A stretch of 64,000 nt of DNA from Sphagnum compactum (taxonomy: Eukaryota), in the NCBI GenBank assembly GCA_965153455.1, contig OZ234493.1:22806213-22870212 (forward strand). Reading direction: 5' to 3'. The position numbers and the translations under genes were made by a program. A model generated the notes under the pieces. That model was given only the letters and a program-made list of their open reading frames with translations, was not told the origin of the DNA and ran no database searches. Within the stretch, counting starts at the first letter, position 1. Each line of letters opens with the position of its first letter. This document shows, piece by piece, positions 12,031 to 25,760 of this stretch.

Positions 12031-14739
12031 CCTGCCTTCAAGAGCACCCTGATGAAGAAAATTGTGAAACCCTTTGCACCCCAATCCCTGTATCATCCAA
12101 TATTAACTTGCCTCACCATTCAGAGCTTCCTGCCCCAACAACCAGGCGTTGTTTGTCATCGTCACCAAGAGCCCTCTACTATAAACAAAGAGAAGCTTTT
12201 GAAAGCAGTTATGGTTGTTAAGGTCATAAGTGGCCATTATTTAGATTTCCAAGGTGATCAACATTCGCAAGTTTATGTCTAGTTTCCCATTTCTTTTCTT
12301 TTCTTGTTCACAAATGGCTTTGCTCAAAATCACTGAATCCATCAACTTGAAAGCAAGAGGCTGGAGAGCTAGTTGGTGACTATGTATGCCAGGTCTTGAG
12401 GATCTCAAGGACTGCATTGCCACTATGACGAATACACAAAATATATTCGATGCCATGAAACTCATTGTCGCTACTAATGTGTGAAAGGCAAAGGAGGTAG
12501 TCATGAATGGTTGCCCTTTCTCAAAGAATCTCATGAAAATGCCTTCAATGTCAATTTTCAACTACTAACTAAAGACATTAACATACCATTGAACTTTGTT
12601 ATCAGCATTAGCTAATGGATTTTTCTTTCTTTTACTTCTAAGGCACTCAACATGGTGTTGGATTTTGATAACCAATCTTTGAGCATAATCTCTCACTCTT
12701 TTTGAGAAGCAAGACTCCACAATTCTTGAAACCTACCAATAATAAAAATAACCAAATTGAGTGTTGTTGCAATTGAAAGTAATATTTCTTTGTTCTTGTT
12801 TGCAAATGTGCTTCCAAGTCTATTGAATGCTCCAACTACTCATATGCTCATAAGAACCCAAAGTTGTTTGATACCACTTTTGTTGCCCACTCTTGTGGTT
12901 GAAATGTTGTTCGCAACGTGTCATTGTGGTGGGACACGGCAATTTTGGACCATCTTAAATTTAACAAACTTTTCAACAACTTTGGTTTTGGTCTTACAAG
13001 TTCTCAAAGCAATCCAACTTGCGAAGAGGATATGGCAATTTGTATTGGAAATGTTTTTAATTTGTGATGTAGTTGGGGCAACAAGACAACACCCTAAAGC
13101 TACTTATGGATTAGGCTATGTCCAATAACTCTAACATCTTGGTTATTATTGATAATTAAAATCCTTCAAATTCATAACCTACTCATCATGCTAATGCAAA
13201 TCACTTTTCATCAATGCATAAAATAGATATAGATCATTTTTCATCCACACAAAGAATGAGATGCACACAAACTTAATACCATACTTGCCACTATGGATTA
13301 ACAATAATTAATTTTAAAAAAGGAATGTTGGGAAAAAAAAAATTAACTACCAATTTTTTGGAAAGTCAAATTCCTAATCTTTTGAAAAAGAAAAATTGTC
13401 CCAAACCACCAACTTACCACACATATTCAATTTTTTTGAAATTTTGAAATATCAAAAATAAGGTTACCAAACCCTTTTGTTGAAAAAAAAATTATTTCAA
13501 AATTTTTTGTCAATAACACATATTTAATTAATTTTGGACTTTACAAAAGTCCAAACATCTAACACAAAATTTACACCACTAAAATAATAAGCCTTTTTTT
13601 TATATATATGACTTAGTGGCAACATAGATGTTAACCATTGAAAAAAAACTTAGAAAATTAAATGAATACAACTTACATCAATCGTACAAATTAAACCTTG
13701 TGACCACCAAGTTGTTAACAATGTCAAAAGGAGATCGGGGTGAAAACACAATCAAACGAGCCAAGTGTGCCAAAGTAAAATCCTTTTCAAGGATTGCACA
13801 TGAGATGTGTTGTTTTTATGTTGGTTTATAGCTTTAAAATTTGTATTTTGAATACCCCATTTAACATTGCATTTTAGATATAAATGACTACAATTGATTT
13901 TATATCATGTATATTATGCATTCATACCCTCTATCACATAAATATAAAGAACTTTTGTTAAAAGGACATTTTCAAAATCCATAATTTTCAAGGTTAAACG
14001 CACTTTTGAATCAAATGTGCTTAAATGAATTATAAAAAAAAAATTCATCAATTCAAGTCCTTTTGGCATTCTAATCATCAATGTTAAAATCCTCTCCAAT
14101 TTTTAGAAAGAATGGTGCACATTTGGTAAAAAAACAAGGACATTTGAAAAAAAATAAACATTGTCCCCTCTCGATGTTTGAATGTTTTGAACATGCACAT
14201 TTTTTTTTATTTGTGTCAAGTTTTGAACATGTAAACTTTGCAACTAATGGAAAATATTCCCAAAAAAATTATGACAATCCAAACTATTATGTATCACTTG
14301 TGATCTTTCAAATATATAAAAATGTAATTTTAAGGAATGTCCATTCACTTGGGTGGTTCCTCTAACTATGTTTTTACCCATTGGAAAATTAACAAAATGA
14401 AATTTATATACTAAATGAAGAAAAAATATTCAATAAATTTACAATACAAATTTAATCTTGAAACTTGGTCACCATCAAGACTAACAAAAGCCTTCAAGTT
14501 TAAAAAAGTTACATAATTAACAAAATGAAAATTCCATAATAAGTAAAAAAAATTTATTGAACAATTTATATACAAAGTGAACCTAGTGGTCACCAAGTTA
14601 TTGAAAACAAAGGAGTTCACTAAGAGTCTTTTTTTTAAAAAATTGAATAATATAACGGGCTATCATGAATGAAAAATCCATAATTTTAAAAGCATTTTAA
14701 AAAAATTGGTTTCAACCTTAAAAATAAAGTCATGATGAA

Positions 14740-15300
14740 CTTGAACCTTTTTCGCCATTGGCAATCCAATAAAAGCTGGCCACAAACAAGTGATAGGTCC
14801 AACCATTGTACCATATGTTTTGACAACAACGATCTTTAAAAGGATTTGAAAAAAAGACCACTTCATTTTGGACTTTGAAACACCTTAGTAGGTTCATCAT
14901 CAATCAGTAATGTTTGATTTTCCTTCCCGTAAGGTAAACCATAGCAAGCATAATACAGATATTTCAAATCTTTTAAATAATAATAGGACCCGAGTGTAAT
15001 TACACCAAAAGTCTTGTAACAATGTTCACGTCCCCAAATAAAATCAAATTGATCCAAAAATGTTTTTAAAAGCAACATTGAAAACACTTCTAACACATCT
15101 TCAAGTTTCATACAAGACCAAATTGCAATTTAAAAGGTTTTAAATATCATGGAAAAGAAATGTTCCATTGTAGTTCTAACTTTCACTTTCCTTGTGTCAA
15201 TATTTTTTCCAAACATTCGAGCATTCTCTTATAGAACAACACAATGTGGGAAATAACACAACACACCATTCACACTAAAAATTAACAATTTTTCGAGTCC
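14740..15300 (-). pseudogene. Degenerate intronless FCP1/NIF (HAD-like phosphatase) homology-domain relic
   Basis: One frame with stops reads KLLIFSVNGVLCYFP…KVKVRTTMEHFFSMIFKTF*IAIWSCMKLEDV…FDFIWGREHC…YYLKDLKYLY…NQTLLIDDEPTK. This matches the LxLDLNGVL / IAIWS / KDL / TLLIDD motif order of FCP1-homology proteins. Confidence 0.6.
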
Positions 15301-17339
15301 AACAACCTACAAACACAAATGTGAACGCATTGAAGTGCCTTTGAAAGTTGCATCTTACCCCAATGAAACATTGAACTACAACAACAACAACCTGATGTGT
15401 CAATGAAGACATAATGTTACATACACCTAAAAATATCAATTGACCAAAAAATGACAAAGTGCTCTAAAATCGCCTTGTGCACACCATGAGATGCATTGAA
15501 ATCGGCAAGGATGGAGAAATATAAACAATTGGCCAACACATAATTAATACAACTGATAATTTGAAGTGCTTAAACATTGAAAGATTTAATGGCTACAAAG
15601 TTTTAAAAAAAATTGAAAGAAGATCATTTTAAAATCCCTTTTTGTGAATTATTGTTTATAAACAAAAATGCATGCCTAGCAATCTTTTAGGGTTCAATTG
15701 CAATTTCAATGTCTCATTTTATGAATACATGTTACAACAATCATCTAAAGAAAATTACAATTAAAACAACAAATGCATTCTTTTTCTCAATTTTTCCTTT
15801 GTACAATATGTCATTTCACACATGTCATTACAACTCTCAAATAACATTTAGGAATTGGGATCACTATGACATACTTTTGATGCTCTTGAAAAATTTGAAC
15901 TTGACATTAGTTTGAACATTAAATCTAGACAAGGCAAGTGACACCAAATAAAGAAGTACAATCAAAAGCAAATAATTTTCATTTGGCATCAATATAAGAA
16001 TCGTCAAATGACTTCAAAAATATGGCACTACAAGAATCATTAAACATGGATTTATATGGTAAATCATCTATGAATAAAATGTTTCTAACATGAATATAGG
16101 AAATGAATGTTCCTGACATGTTCGACAAATCTCAAGAAAAAAACATCAAAAAAATTATGGAAAATGTGTTTTGCAAGATTTGCCTAAAAAAAATGATCAT
16201 TTCTTTAGTAAGCCTCCTGTTCGAGACCCTTGAAGGATAAAAAATAATGTGTTTAGTGTTTGATTTGATTCAAATATTTGTTGATGTTTTGACATTAGGC
16301 TGCAAACCATATATATACTATGAACTGAATTAAACATGTTAAGAAATTTTTAGACCTGGATTAAGGCATCCTTGGTGCTCTTTTTCATTTTTTCATTAAT
16401 TTTAAACCAGATAGATATTAGTTACCTTGAGCATGGCCACTCCTTGAATAGGTAGTTGGCCTACTACACCTTGTAATCAAGTAGAAGGTGGCAAATACCA
16501 TACGTAGGTGAAGTTTGTTAGTATTTTAATAACCTTTAGTTTTTTTTATTGAACATTTGGAAATTGAAGATTTTCCAGTATAAAATTTTGGAAATTCTTA
16601 AATTCAAGAATCTATGGTTCTAGTGTCTTGAAATTTTTTGGAATTAAAAAGCGTCCAATTCTGAAATTTTCAAAAACCCTCAAAAAACCAACAATTTCAG
16701 TTAATTAACTTGCAAAGAACCAACAAATAGTCAAGTGGTTTTACAAAAGGTTATTTGATAAATTCTTTAATTTTTTTTAATATTGTGCCAAAATTAGTTC
16801 AGAATCAATTCTTTGACGTTTTGAAAATTACATTCATATTTTTCTAAAATCATCTTGAGCACTACTAATTATTAGATGTCATTTCTAATAACCATGTAAC
16901 ATTGGTTATTACTTGCAACCTACCTTTCATTAATTATTGTAAACTCTTGACCAATGTTGGCCAGATATGGTATTGTAAACCAATTTAGAGGATATGAATG
17001 GGTTATATTCTTTTTAAAAACTTAACAAAAGATATGTAGTTGGATATTTCAAAAACTTCCCTATAACCATATTTATGCACCCATTGGAATTTTTCAATTC
17101 ATTGGCAATTATGTATTTGTCAATTTTCAAATTCTAAATAAACTTTCTATATGCATACAAGTTATGTATACCAAACTTCACATGCTAGGTTTACGAAAAC
17201 AAAGAAGTTTTGAATGTAAACATTGAAAATCAAATAAATTGTGAGACAATTGAACCTAAGTTCTATATAAAACTTTGCCCATTGTAGCACAAGATACAAA
17301 AACACCCCACCACCCCAACCCCACGCACCCAAAAGTTGG

Positions 17340-17565
17340 ATGTAACTTTATCAACAACATGTAATGCCCATTAACTTGTTGCAACTTCATTAACAACAAA
17401 AAATAATGCCTAAAAAGTTGTTGCATTTTAATCAACAACAAATTAACATAATGCCCAAAAAGTTTTTATAACTTGATTAGTAACAAAACATAGTGCCCAA
17501 TTAGCTATTACAATTTAATCAGCAACAAAACATTGTGCCCATCAATAATAGAAACATAATGTTTA
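17340..17565. repeat. Degenerate ~40-bp tandem repeats (probably subterminal repeats of the adjacent hAT relic)
   Basis: About 5-6 copies of CAACAA…CATAATGCCCA…TTG(T)TGCAA.TT. Confidence 0.6.
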
Positions 17566-17739
17566 AAAGAAGCCCAAGGATATATAAAATATTTATTGCA
17601 ATTTCATCAACAATAGAAACACTCCTAGTAGCCCAAGAACCCTGCAACATTGAAACATGATGAGAAAACAAAAGTTAGAAACACTTCAAAAGAAAAGAAA
17701 GGAAAGGAAAGAAAAGAAAGTTTGGTAAGTGATATACTT

Positions 17740-19500
17740 AATCACTGTCAACCTTTAGATCTTCAAAATATTTAAATTCTTCAATCAATTCATAGATTTG
17801 TTTATCAACTTTACTTTAATATAATCCATGAAATTTGCATTTGCTAAGCAATTCAAGCATGGATCATTTGGCCAATTTTTTACCAAAGTGATAATCTGAT
17901 CAAGCTTTTCAACTTGTAAGTGGCAATGCCTCAAAGCTATCAAAACACCAAAAAGATTAAAGATTCTTTTTATTTCAATTTGAAGTTTGAAAATCTCAAA
18001 AATTTGTTTAGCAATAAAGGCAACATTTGGAAATTAACTTTCATGGGTTTGTCACCAAGCAAGAGAATCTACACGCTTAGATAGGGAATAAATAACCTCC
18101 GACATAAAGACAATTTTCTAGCAACAAGTGTGCTTGAAAACTTTTCCATGGGTGGTCCAACACCCAAAATGTTAATAAATTTTTTATCAATTTCAACAAC
18201 AATTCCATTAGGTCCATCACTTGGCATTATAGACATTGTTTGGACAACAAGGTTTAGTCAATCAAAAATTGTCAAAGAAGGATGACAATTTTCACATCAT
18301 AATATACTATTTAGCCATGAAGCAGATTGCATTTCCATGCCCCACAAAGTTTTCCACAATCCATAAGGATTTGAAATGGGGATCCATCATTAAGGCCAAC
18401 ATATTACGAACTTGTTGGGAATCGAAGGCTTTCAAGAATTCTAGAAAATGTTTGATCACCTTCACAACCACATGTTGCATATTTCTATTCAAGAAATGGA
18501 ACTCCATATCAAACTGATCAAACATTTCACTCCCATCAACAATCGGATTTGTTTAAGCTTCCATGGCCATAATTAAATTTATTGTAGTAGCCAAAGCATC
18601 TGAGAGTAGCCAATGACCTCAAGACCGGTTCATCACACATGTAGTTACTGTAGGATTCAAACACCAAATGATAGCTTTTGCAATGGCCCACACTTGGGGC
18701 TTTGGGACTTTTTATTATTAAGTTAGTATTCCTTCCCATAGCACAATAAAGACTTGTTTAAATTTTAGAGTTTCCTCAAACATAACAACCCTGTTGGCAA
18801 ACCTTGTTTTGGGGTGATTCATGAAAGCACATTAAGGTGTAACAATTTTAAGCACATGTGAAAGTCCACAATTGTTTAAATTAACATTACGGAAATAGTG
18901 TGAATGTAGGATATTTTGAACCACACAAGTCATATTGCAAATTATAATTAGAAAGTCATGATTTAAAAAATTCCAACCCTAATTTACTTTATGGAGAACT
19001 TGAATTTGAAATAAAGGCATGTACAACCTTTGCAAATATAATGCATAAGGTCTTTGAAAATCATTTGTTATGTTTCATCACCACTCTTGTGAGGGTTTGT
19101 TGAACCAAAATATGTAATGATTGCAGAATTCATTGGCCCAAACCTTTTTCTTCCCTTGTTGTCGACTATGACTTGCTTGATTAAAAAGTTTAGCCATAGA
19201 ATTATTAGTTAGTTTGTAATTTTCTTTTTGCAACTAAACACAAATGTGTAGATTCAATATGTGTTTTCATAGGGATAATGCCATTTGTTTTGATATATTT
19301 GATGAACCCTTTCCTTATAATGGAACTAAGTTGGTTTAGAATGTTACCAACTACTTGTTAAGACCAATAGATAATACAATGTAACATTTGTGGGTTTAAT
19401 AAGTAGGTTGCTATTGATGGCAAAGGAGCCCCAACAAATTGATATTATGTCGTGTGATTTCCATTACCAAGCTTAAAATTTTATAGGTACAAGTTGAACA
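17740..19500 (-). mobile_element. Degenerate hAT transposase relic
   Basis: Minus-strand fragments: …GFIKYIKTNGIIPMKTHIESTH (BED-like), FDSQQVRNMLALMMDPHFKSL, and the dimerisation-domain-like QIEIKRIFNLFGVLIALRHCHLQVEKLDQIITLVKNWPNDP. Many stops and frameshifts. Same family as 59380-60060. Confidence 0.75.
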
Positions 19501-20637
19501 TCATCATTTTCTAATGAAAAATTACAATTAGATTGTGGGCGTACATTTTCAACATCTAACAAGCTGCTTGTTGGATTCATGTTCATTTCACCGACCGTTT
19601 CACCTACTGTGCCCACACTTTCAAGTACAAAAACTTTGGTTTCAGACATTGCAAAGGTATTTTGAGCAAAAACCCCTAATTACAAGGTCAAAGATAGAAG
19701 CTTGCACAAAACCAAAAGATGAAGGAGGAAACAAATAACTTACAAGACCCAAAGCTTTTGCAAAATCTAGAGCAATTGAACTTTACAAACAATGTTCATA
19801 AACAACCCCAAGGAAAAAAAACAAGATCAATTGAAAGGACAAAATAAGAAAGAAAAACCCGATAGATTGAAAGTTAAAATATAGCAATGCAACAACGAAA
19901 AGCTCAAAAATGTTCCAACCAATAGTTCGAATGCAACAACATAACAACATAACATGTGTAGCTCTCTCCTACAAACCAATGCAACAATGCAAACTTATAG
20001 TTCAAAATGCAGAAATGCAAAATGTGTAGCTCATTCTTGCAAACCAACATAGTAATGCAACAACTCAAAAATATAGAAAACTTCCCATGTTTCACAAAGA
20101 TAGAAAGTTTCACACACTCTCTCCACCTTTAAACCTTAAAATTGGCACCTGACACAACAAAAAACTTGACAAAAGTAAAAAGCTTTGCATGTTTGATACA
20201 GAAAGAAAGCTTCCCATTCTTTCCCCACCCTTCAACCCTAAAGCTAGCACTTAACAAAACCAAAAAGCTTGAAAAATGCAACTTTGTGTGCTTGACGATG
20301 ACAAAAAGCTTCATTGTTCTTTCTACTTTTAAACCCTAAAGTTGCTCCTAGGCAAAAAGCTTTGTGTTTTATTTTTGTCTCTAAACCCTAAACCTTACTA
20401 CATACAAGTAAATAATATCTAGTTGTCTATCTATTTAATTAGCGGATACAATTATTTAATGCAAGGTTATCCCTATAAATATGACTACGACAAGGTTGCT
20501 TGCATAGGAGGCCTCCCTTGGTTGCAAATAGGGCTGGTTAAGAAAAGAAATAACAAAGTTCAAATAAGACATTATACATATATGGCTAGTGTGCATTTTG
20601 ATATCCAGATGAAACCACATATATCTGGCCAAGATTG

Positions 20638-20675
20638 TTATTGACCTCCTTAGTTTAGGAGGTCAATAAAACTAG
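20638..20675 (+). other. Perfect 13-bp hairpin followed by CTAG (possible Helitron-type 3' terminus)
   Basis: TTATTGACCTCCT-tagttt-AGGAGGTCAATAA-aa-CTAG. Confidence 0.45.
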
Positions 20676-21340
20676 CTAGGCTATAGGCAGTCGGTGCCTT
20701 GCTCATGACAGGTAAATGCATGCCATGTCAGTGAACTTTTTTGAAACCTTGAATACTTAATTTGAGGGGTGCACCATTGAGACAATGGATGAGTGAATTG
20801 GGTAATATCTTTTGTAGATGACATGTGTGTACAAAGTACATTTCCACTCCCCATCTCTCAGCACTTTGAGAAGCATGATGAAACCCATGCCACCTACTCA
20901 AATCCACTCAAGTGTTTAGGATTCATGTTCAACCAATCAAGGTGTTTAAGTGGGCTATCAAAGACTAAGTACATAGCTTTAGTTTTGCAACAAGTGATTG
21001 AGTGAAGGAAGCTAATCCAAAACGTTATTAAATTGCAATTTAGTAGTTTTATGCCCTACACAAGTCTGATTGCACATCCATTTGGTGAGCAAAAAATTTA
21101 TCATGCCATAGCCAGCTTTAGGGGGGATGTCTCACTGATGTGTTTCTTGCTCATTTGGACATTCACGTCTCAATGTTATCACATATTAATCTGCCTATTG
21201 GCAGTTGTCCACCTAGGTATTGCTTTACATCCATAACCTTGCTCAACATGTGGATGTGTCACAACTTTACATCCATAACTTGTTCAGCACATGGATGCAT
21301 TACAACCCCAATACACTAGTTATGTCCAACAATAGGCTGG

Positions 21341-21453
21341 AGTTGGCTGGCTATTGGGAATAGTCAAGTTACCAGGAATAGTCTTGACACCTTGACTATT
21401 CTTGGTAACCAACCAGGTCAAGTGCTGAGACTATTTTCAATAACCAGCCAGCT
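21341..21453. repeat. Nested inverted repeats (foldback/MITE-like)
   Basis: Outer arms 21341-21365 / 21429-21453 (25 bp, 4 mismatches). Inner arms GTTACCAGGAATAGTC / GACTATTCTTGGTAAC span 21368-21409. Confidence 0.75.
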
Positions 21454-22860
21454 TGAGATGGTTACCTAGTTCATAATTGAGGAGTCCTTGAAATTGTAGA
21501 GTTTTAGACATTTCTTGTGGTACTTTGCCTTTGATGAAGGACTAGGTAACCAACAAAGAGTGTGCAGGTTATAATGAATGGTCTCATGCTCAGACTGTTC
21601 CTGATAACCAAGCCAATTATCGAACATAAGTGATGTAACCGAGCAGGACAAGCTTATGGGTTGTGGGACATAGAAGAAGGTGAGCTATGAGGTTCAGCCA
21701 ACTAGCATCCTGTAAAGAGGTATTAGTGAGATACAAAAAACATGCAACATAAATGGGAAGCTCTTGTCCAATGGTGTGCTACCATGTTAGCAATACATGC
21801 TACCTAGAAGAAGGTGGACTATGAACTTTGGATTTGATTCTTACAAGTTAGGCTGCGATAATTGGCATAATGGGGTGATTATCAAATAATCCCTAATTGA
21901 CTAAATTAGTAGCTGGATGTGGCATCTGTCTTGCTTCTTGTGCCCTCCTTCTATCCATCCACACATAGATAAAATTCAGTACAATTTCACAATTCTTGTG
22001 TAATGAAAAACTCTCTGGATGACAGCTCAAATATTGTAATTACCTAACAATGTACATGTGAATCGAAATAAAACTGTGTTATACAACATTGTTTTAACAT
22101 TCTCTGAACTCCACTTGTGACCTTTGACTGTCTTTGTTCAATTCTAGCCTTTAAACTCAGGCTATGGCCTAGATTCAAATCTAATTGTGGCTTGGCTTCA
22201 CTCCCTTTGCTTGTTCTTTTACAATTTCAATTGGGGTTTGTCTCTAAGATGGGAGGAAGCTATCTTTGGGCGTATCTTAATTGCCCATTTGAAATAATTG
22301 ATACTGGGGACATTTCTCTCTTCATGTTCTGAAACAGTCATGTTAATGAGAGAAAGTTTGTGGTAGGGGCTAAAACTTTCTTGGAAAATGGGAGGGGAAA
22401 AAAAAATGCTGATGCGGATATTAGCATACTTATCATGCAAATAGGTTATTTGAGGGTTCACGATGTATGGGGGGCAAAGTGAGGCCAAAAGAAATAATCC
22501 AAAAGAAAAAGTCTAGGTGCTCTTGGGTGCTTGGGAAAAGCACATGCAAAATGAGAGAAAGGAAAAAAATAATGGGACCTCAAAAACAAAGTGTCAGATT
22601 ATTCTAGGCTCAAGCATAAGCCATAAAAGGCAATGAAAAAGTGGGCCCATAAATTGGTTTGATCAAGTAAAGTTACTCAAATTGGAGGGCAAGGTGAAAA
22701 TTAGGTTACTTATTTCTTGTATTTTCATTTGTCAAGAGGTCATTATAATAATATATAGTTTACTATGTGTCAACATACATTTAGTAATTTTGAAGTAATA
22801 GGCTTGCATGGCCACTTGCCCAACATAATGGGTAATGGCCAGACCATTCCATAACATTAT

Positions 22861-22994
22861 AGTCTGAGGTGGCAGATTCAACAATTTTTTAAAAAAATCA
22901 TGTTCGACAGAGATTTTACAAGTGTATGATCATGACCAGAAGATTATGTCATATAATGTGGGCAAGAAAATGACATAATCTGCCACACCACACC
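22861..22994. mobile_element. Small MITE-like element
   Basis: Terminal GTGGCAGATT / AATCTGCCAC inverted repeat with an internal hairpin AGATTATGTCAT…ATGACATAATCT. Confidence 0.5.
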
Positions 22995-23644
22995 TTGATG
23001 TTCTCATTTTGTGCAAGTCTTCCAAAAAACGTCTCTTGCATAAATTGCAAATTCAATTCCATATATCAGCCCATGAAATTCACTCAAATCTATTTTTGCA
23101 GTGCAGTGTAGTGCAGTGTATCGCACTTGATAATAGACTCTTGTTGCTTTTTTCAGGTTCACATTCAAGCTTCTGAGCACCCATGAAGGAAGAGGACTTC
23201 ACTATTGAATCAATCTCTCCTGCAAGATCATTTCTTCAACAATTTGTCAGATGATAACATCTCAACAGCTGAGATCCACCTTCATCAATCAAGAAAGAAT
23301 TGATTAATGTGGTTGCCATCCAACAGTCATCAATTAGTACATACAGATATCAGGTTTTTCACACAAGGATCATTGATAATCAGCAAGCAGACCGTTTATG
23401 CAATTCCTGTTTAAATTGAACAAGTTGCTCAGAAACCATTTCCATGGGCTTTGGAAAAACTCCTAGACTGAACAAATTCCTTGCAGCAAAGATATCCGAG
23501 CATACAATATGTAACAACTCATTATCTGTAGACTGAAGACAAAGTACAGTGATCAAGATGCATATTGGTTGCCACTTTGCCCCGTGGGATGTCAAGTAGA
23601 TTGACCTTGAAGAAAAGGCTAAAGTCCAGCAACAATTGAAGGAC

Positions 23645-25376
23645 CTACTCCATATATTCTTCAGCAGCAGCAGCTTGTCGAAGCCTCTCTTCCTCCTCTG
23701 CATCATAAACCACTTGGGCATGTTACAAAGTAACTGCATTCTTACAGATATCATGCAATAAGAGTGCCCCTCAAACAGTCACATCTATTTGCTGGGTTTC
23801 CAAAGACATGAAAATCACCAATTTGGACATACTTTTCTGCTTGTGAAACTGCATTGGAAGCCAAGGGCCCTCGGTGCTATTGTTTATCATCATGAAGAGG
23901 TTTGAGGCTTATGACCAAGATAGAGTCAGCAAGTTCCATGGCTTCTCACATCACACTCATTGTGAACTTTCTCTAATCACTTGCTAAAATCACTCAAATT
24001 TTGACAAAGCTGTAATAACATAGGTCACAGGAACTTCCTTTAGGCAACCCTCTGGAACCACACCCATTCAGGCCAAGATATTCCAGGAGACAATTTTCAG
24101 TGTGCCATCACATTATAGTTTTAAAATTAAGCATGCTTTGCAGCTTGAGATTCACACCTTCTGAGGACTTGAAGAACAAAGTCTACAGGGACTGGTATGT
24201 GAGTACAGTAATTTTCTCTCTTCATGCTTTTAGGAGAAGAAGATTTTCCTGAGATTTCAAGTAAAAGGGACGCCTGGTGGTGCAAAGAGATGATATACTT
24301 ACGCATCAGTTCGATGATGGCTCGTTGAGTGCGCCGTTCAAGCTTCTCAAGCTTCTTTGCAACATCTCTTCGAAGATCTGAGTTTGGCTTTTTGGGTGCA
24401 ATGCTCACAATGGGGTCCTGAACAAACATATCGAAATGCCATTGTATTTTGTTATACACCACCTTTTGTTTACTGGTTTTTTCCCCAAAGCAGAGAAACA
24501 TCAATCAACCCCCATGGCTTGCACAACCTGTGATATGTACAGTGAAAGCACAGGCTTTTGTACCCCCATGAGAACAGAAAGCTTTGGACCAAAGAACTGG
24601 GCAAACAAACAAAACAAACAATGAACATAAAATAGATTTGTTTACCTCAGCTCCATTGGTTTCAAGTGGTGCTTTAGCAACAGGGTCTTCGAACTTGGGC
24701 ACCATTGGTGGCGGGTGCTTATTCTGCTGCAACTGTTGGTCTCGAGGAAAATAGTTCCGAAACTTCATTTCCCTTCCTTCTTCTTCTCTGCAATTCCAGA
24801 TCAAGCGCCCACAAGACTACTCTCAAAGAGATGCAGCTCTATGATAAACTCTCTAACCCAATGTGCGTGTGCTCTTCAGAGATGAGTAAAAGAAACTTTC
24901 TTCCTAACATTCTTTCTGGCTTCTGCGCAGCAGGAATATCACAAACGTTGCCTCTTCCTGCATGTGGAAACATGTACTACCTTAGACCTTTACCCACGAC
25001 TCATCATCAACCTTAATTGGACTTGGTTGAAACATAATAAGATTGCTCTACTGCTGTGTGGGTGTGTCACTAGTCTCCTTACAAGTCTCTCAAATGACAA
25101 AACATTCCTTCTTGTGTTGTTACCACTCCCATCGTCGACTTGTCACAAAAACCAAAACTAACAAACACATCATACCTATAGGAAGAAACAGAAAAACAGA
25201 CACACAGAGAAAGACGCATACGGATCTTCCTTCTGCTGCTCCGTCGCAGTAGTATCAAGGGGCTGCTTCTCAGCTCCTTCATCTCCTTGATCCGCTGATG
25301 CAAGTTCGGCTGCAGCTCGCAGAGCACGTAGCCGCTCTCTGCGCTCGGCAATCGGATCCGACTCCGCCTGCACCAT
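23645..25376 (-). CDS. CWF18: Pre-mRNA splicing factor CWF18 / coiled-coil domain-containing protein 12 homolog (154 aa)
   Basis: Exons 25222-25376, 24646-24787, 24303-24417 and 23645-23697 (465 nt, all GT..AG, in frame). Motifs ERRERLRALR, MKFRNYFPRD and IAPKKPNSDLRRDVAKKLEKLERRTQRAIIELM match the cwf18/CCDC12 family. Confidence 0.93.
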
Positions 25377-25419
25377 CGCTGCTGCTACTGCGTTTCTTCA
25401 ATTCGCCGGTGATGACACA

Positions 25420-25434
25420 AAACCCTAAACCCTA
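25420..25434. promoter_or_regulatory. Double telo-box (AAACCCTA) in the CWF18 5' region
   Basis: AAACCCTAAACCCTA lies 44 bp upstream of the ATG. Telo-boxes are typical of plant translation and RNA-processing genes. Confidence 0.65.
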
Positions 25435-25539
25435 AACCGAAACAAACCTTAAAGCGAAACAAAGGCTGTTCAACCCTTTTTCGTCAAACTGGCCGTGATG
25501 TTGGTTGGAGGCAAAAAGAGAAAGGAAAGAGCGAGAGAG

Positions 25540-25760
25540 AAAATCCCGAGAGAGAGAGAGAGAGAAAAGGACTGCGCACATGCGCTTGAATTCGTCCGCT
25601 CAGCCGCGAAAAGGAGCTCTGACAGCCAGGCCTCCGCTCCGCTCAGAGGCCGAAGTGAGAGCGGACTTGCATATCCGCTCCGCCCAGACAGTTCGCTCAG
25701 CTCTCCACAACATACTGACCTGCAAAAAACATTAAATACCAGCCCGACTGCCCGCTGTCG
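25540..25760 (-). promoter_or_regulatory. GC-rich CWF18 promoter with a (GA)n tract and a CCGCTC(AG) motif cluster
   Basis: CpG-rich island with (GA)n at ~25548-25565, TGCGCACATG at 25573, and (C/T)CGCTC at 25596, 25634, 25639, 25659 (reverse complement), 25675 and 25693. Confidence 0.55.

Noticed and set aside
12011-12085. Hammerhead ribozyme (CTGATGA…GAAAC next to AGGGTT repeats)
   Set aside because: Stem II does not pair convincingly, and stem I cannot form directly adjacent to the putative cleavage triplet.
12241-13128. ORFs of 106 and 123 aa
   Set aside because: Probably decayed TE coding sequence, but no motif could be identified, so no call is made.
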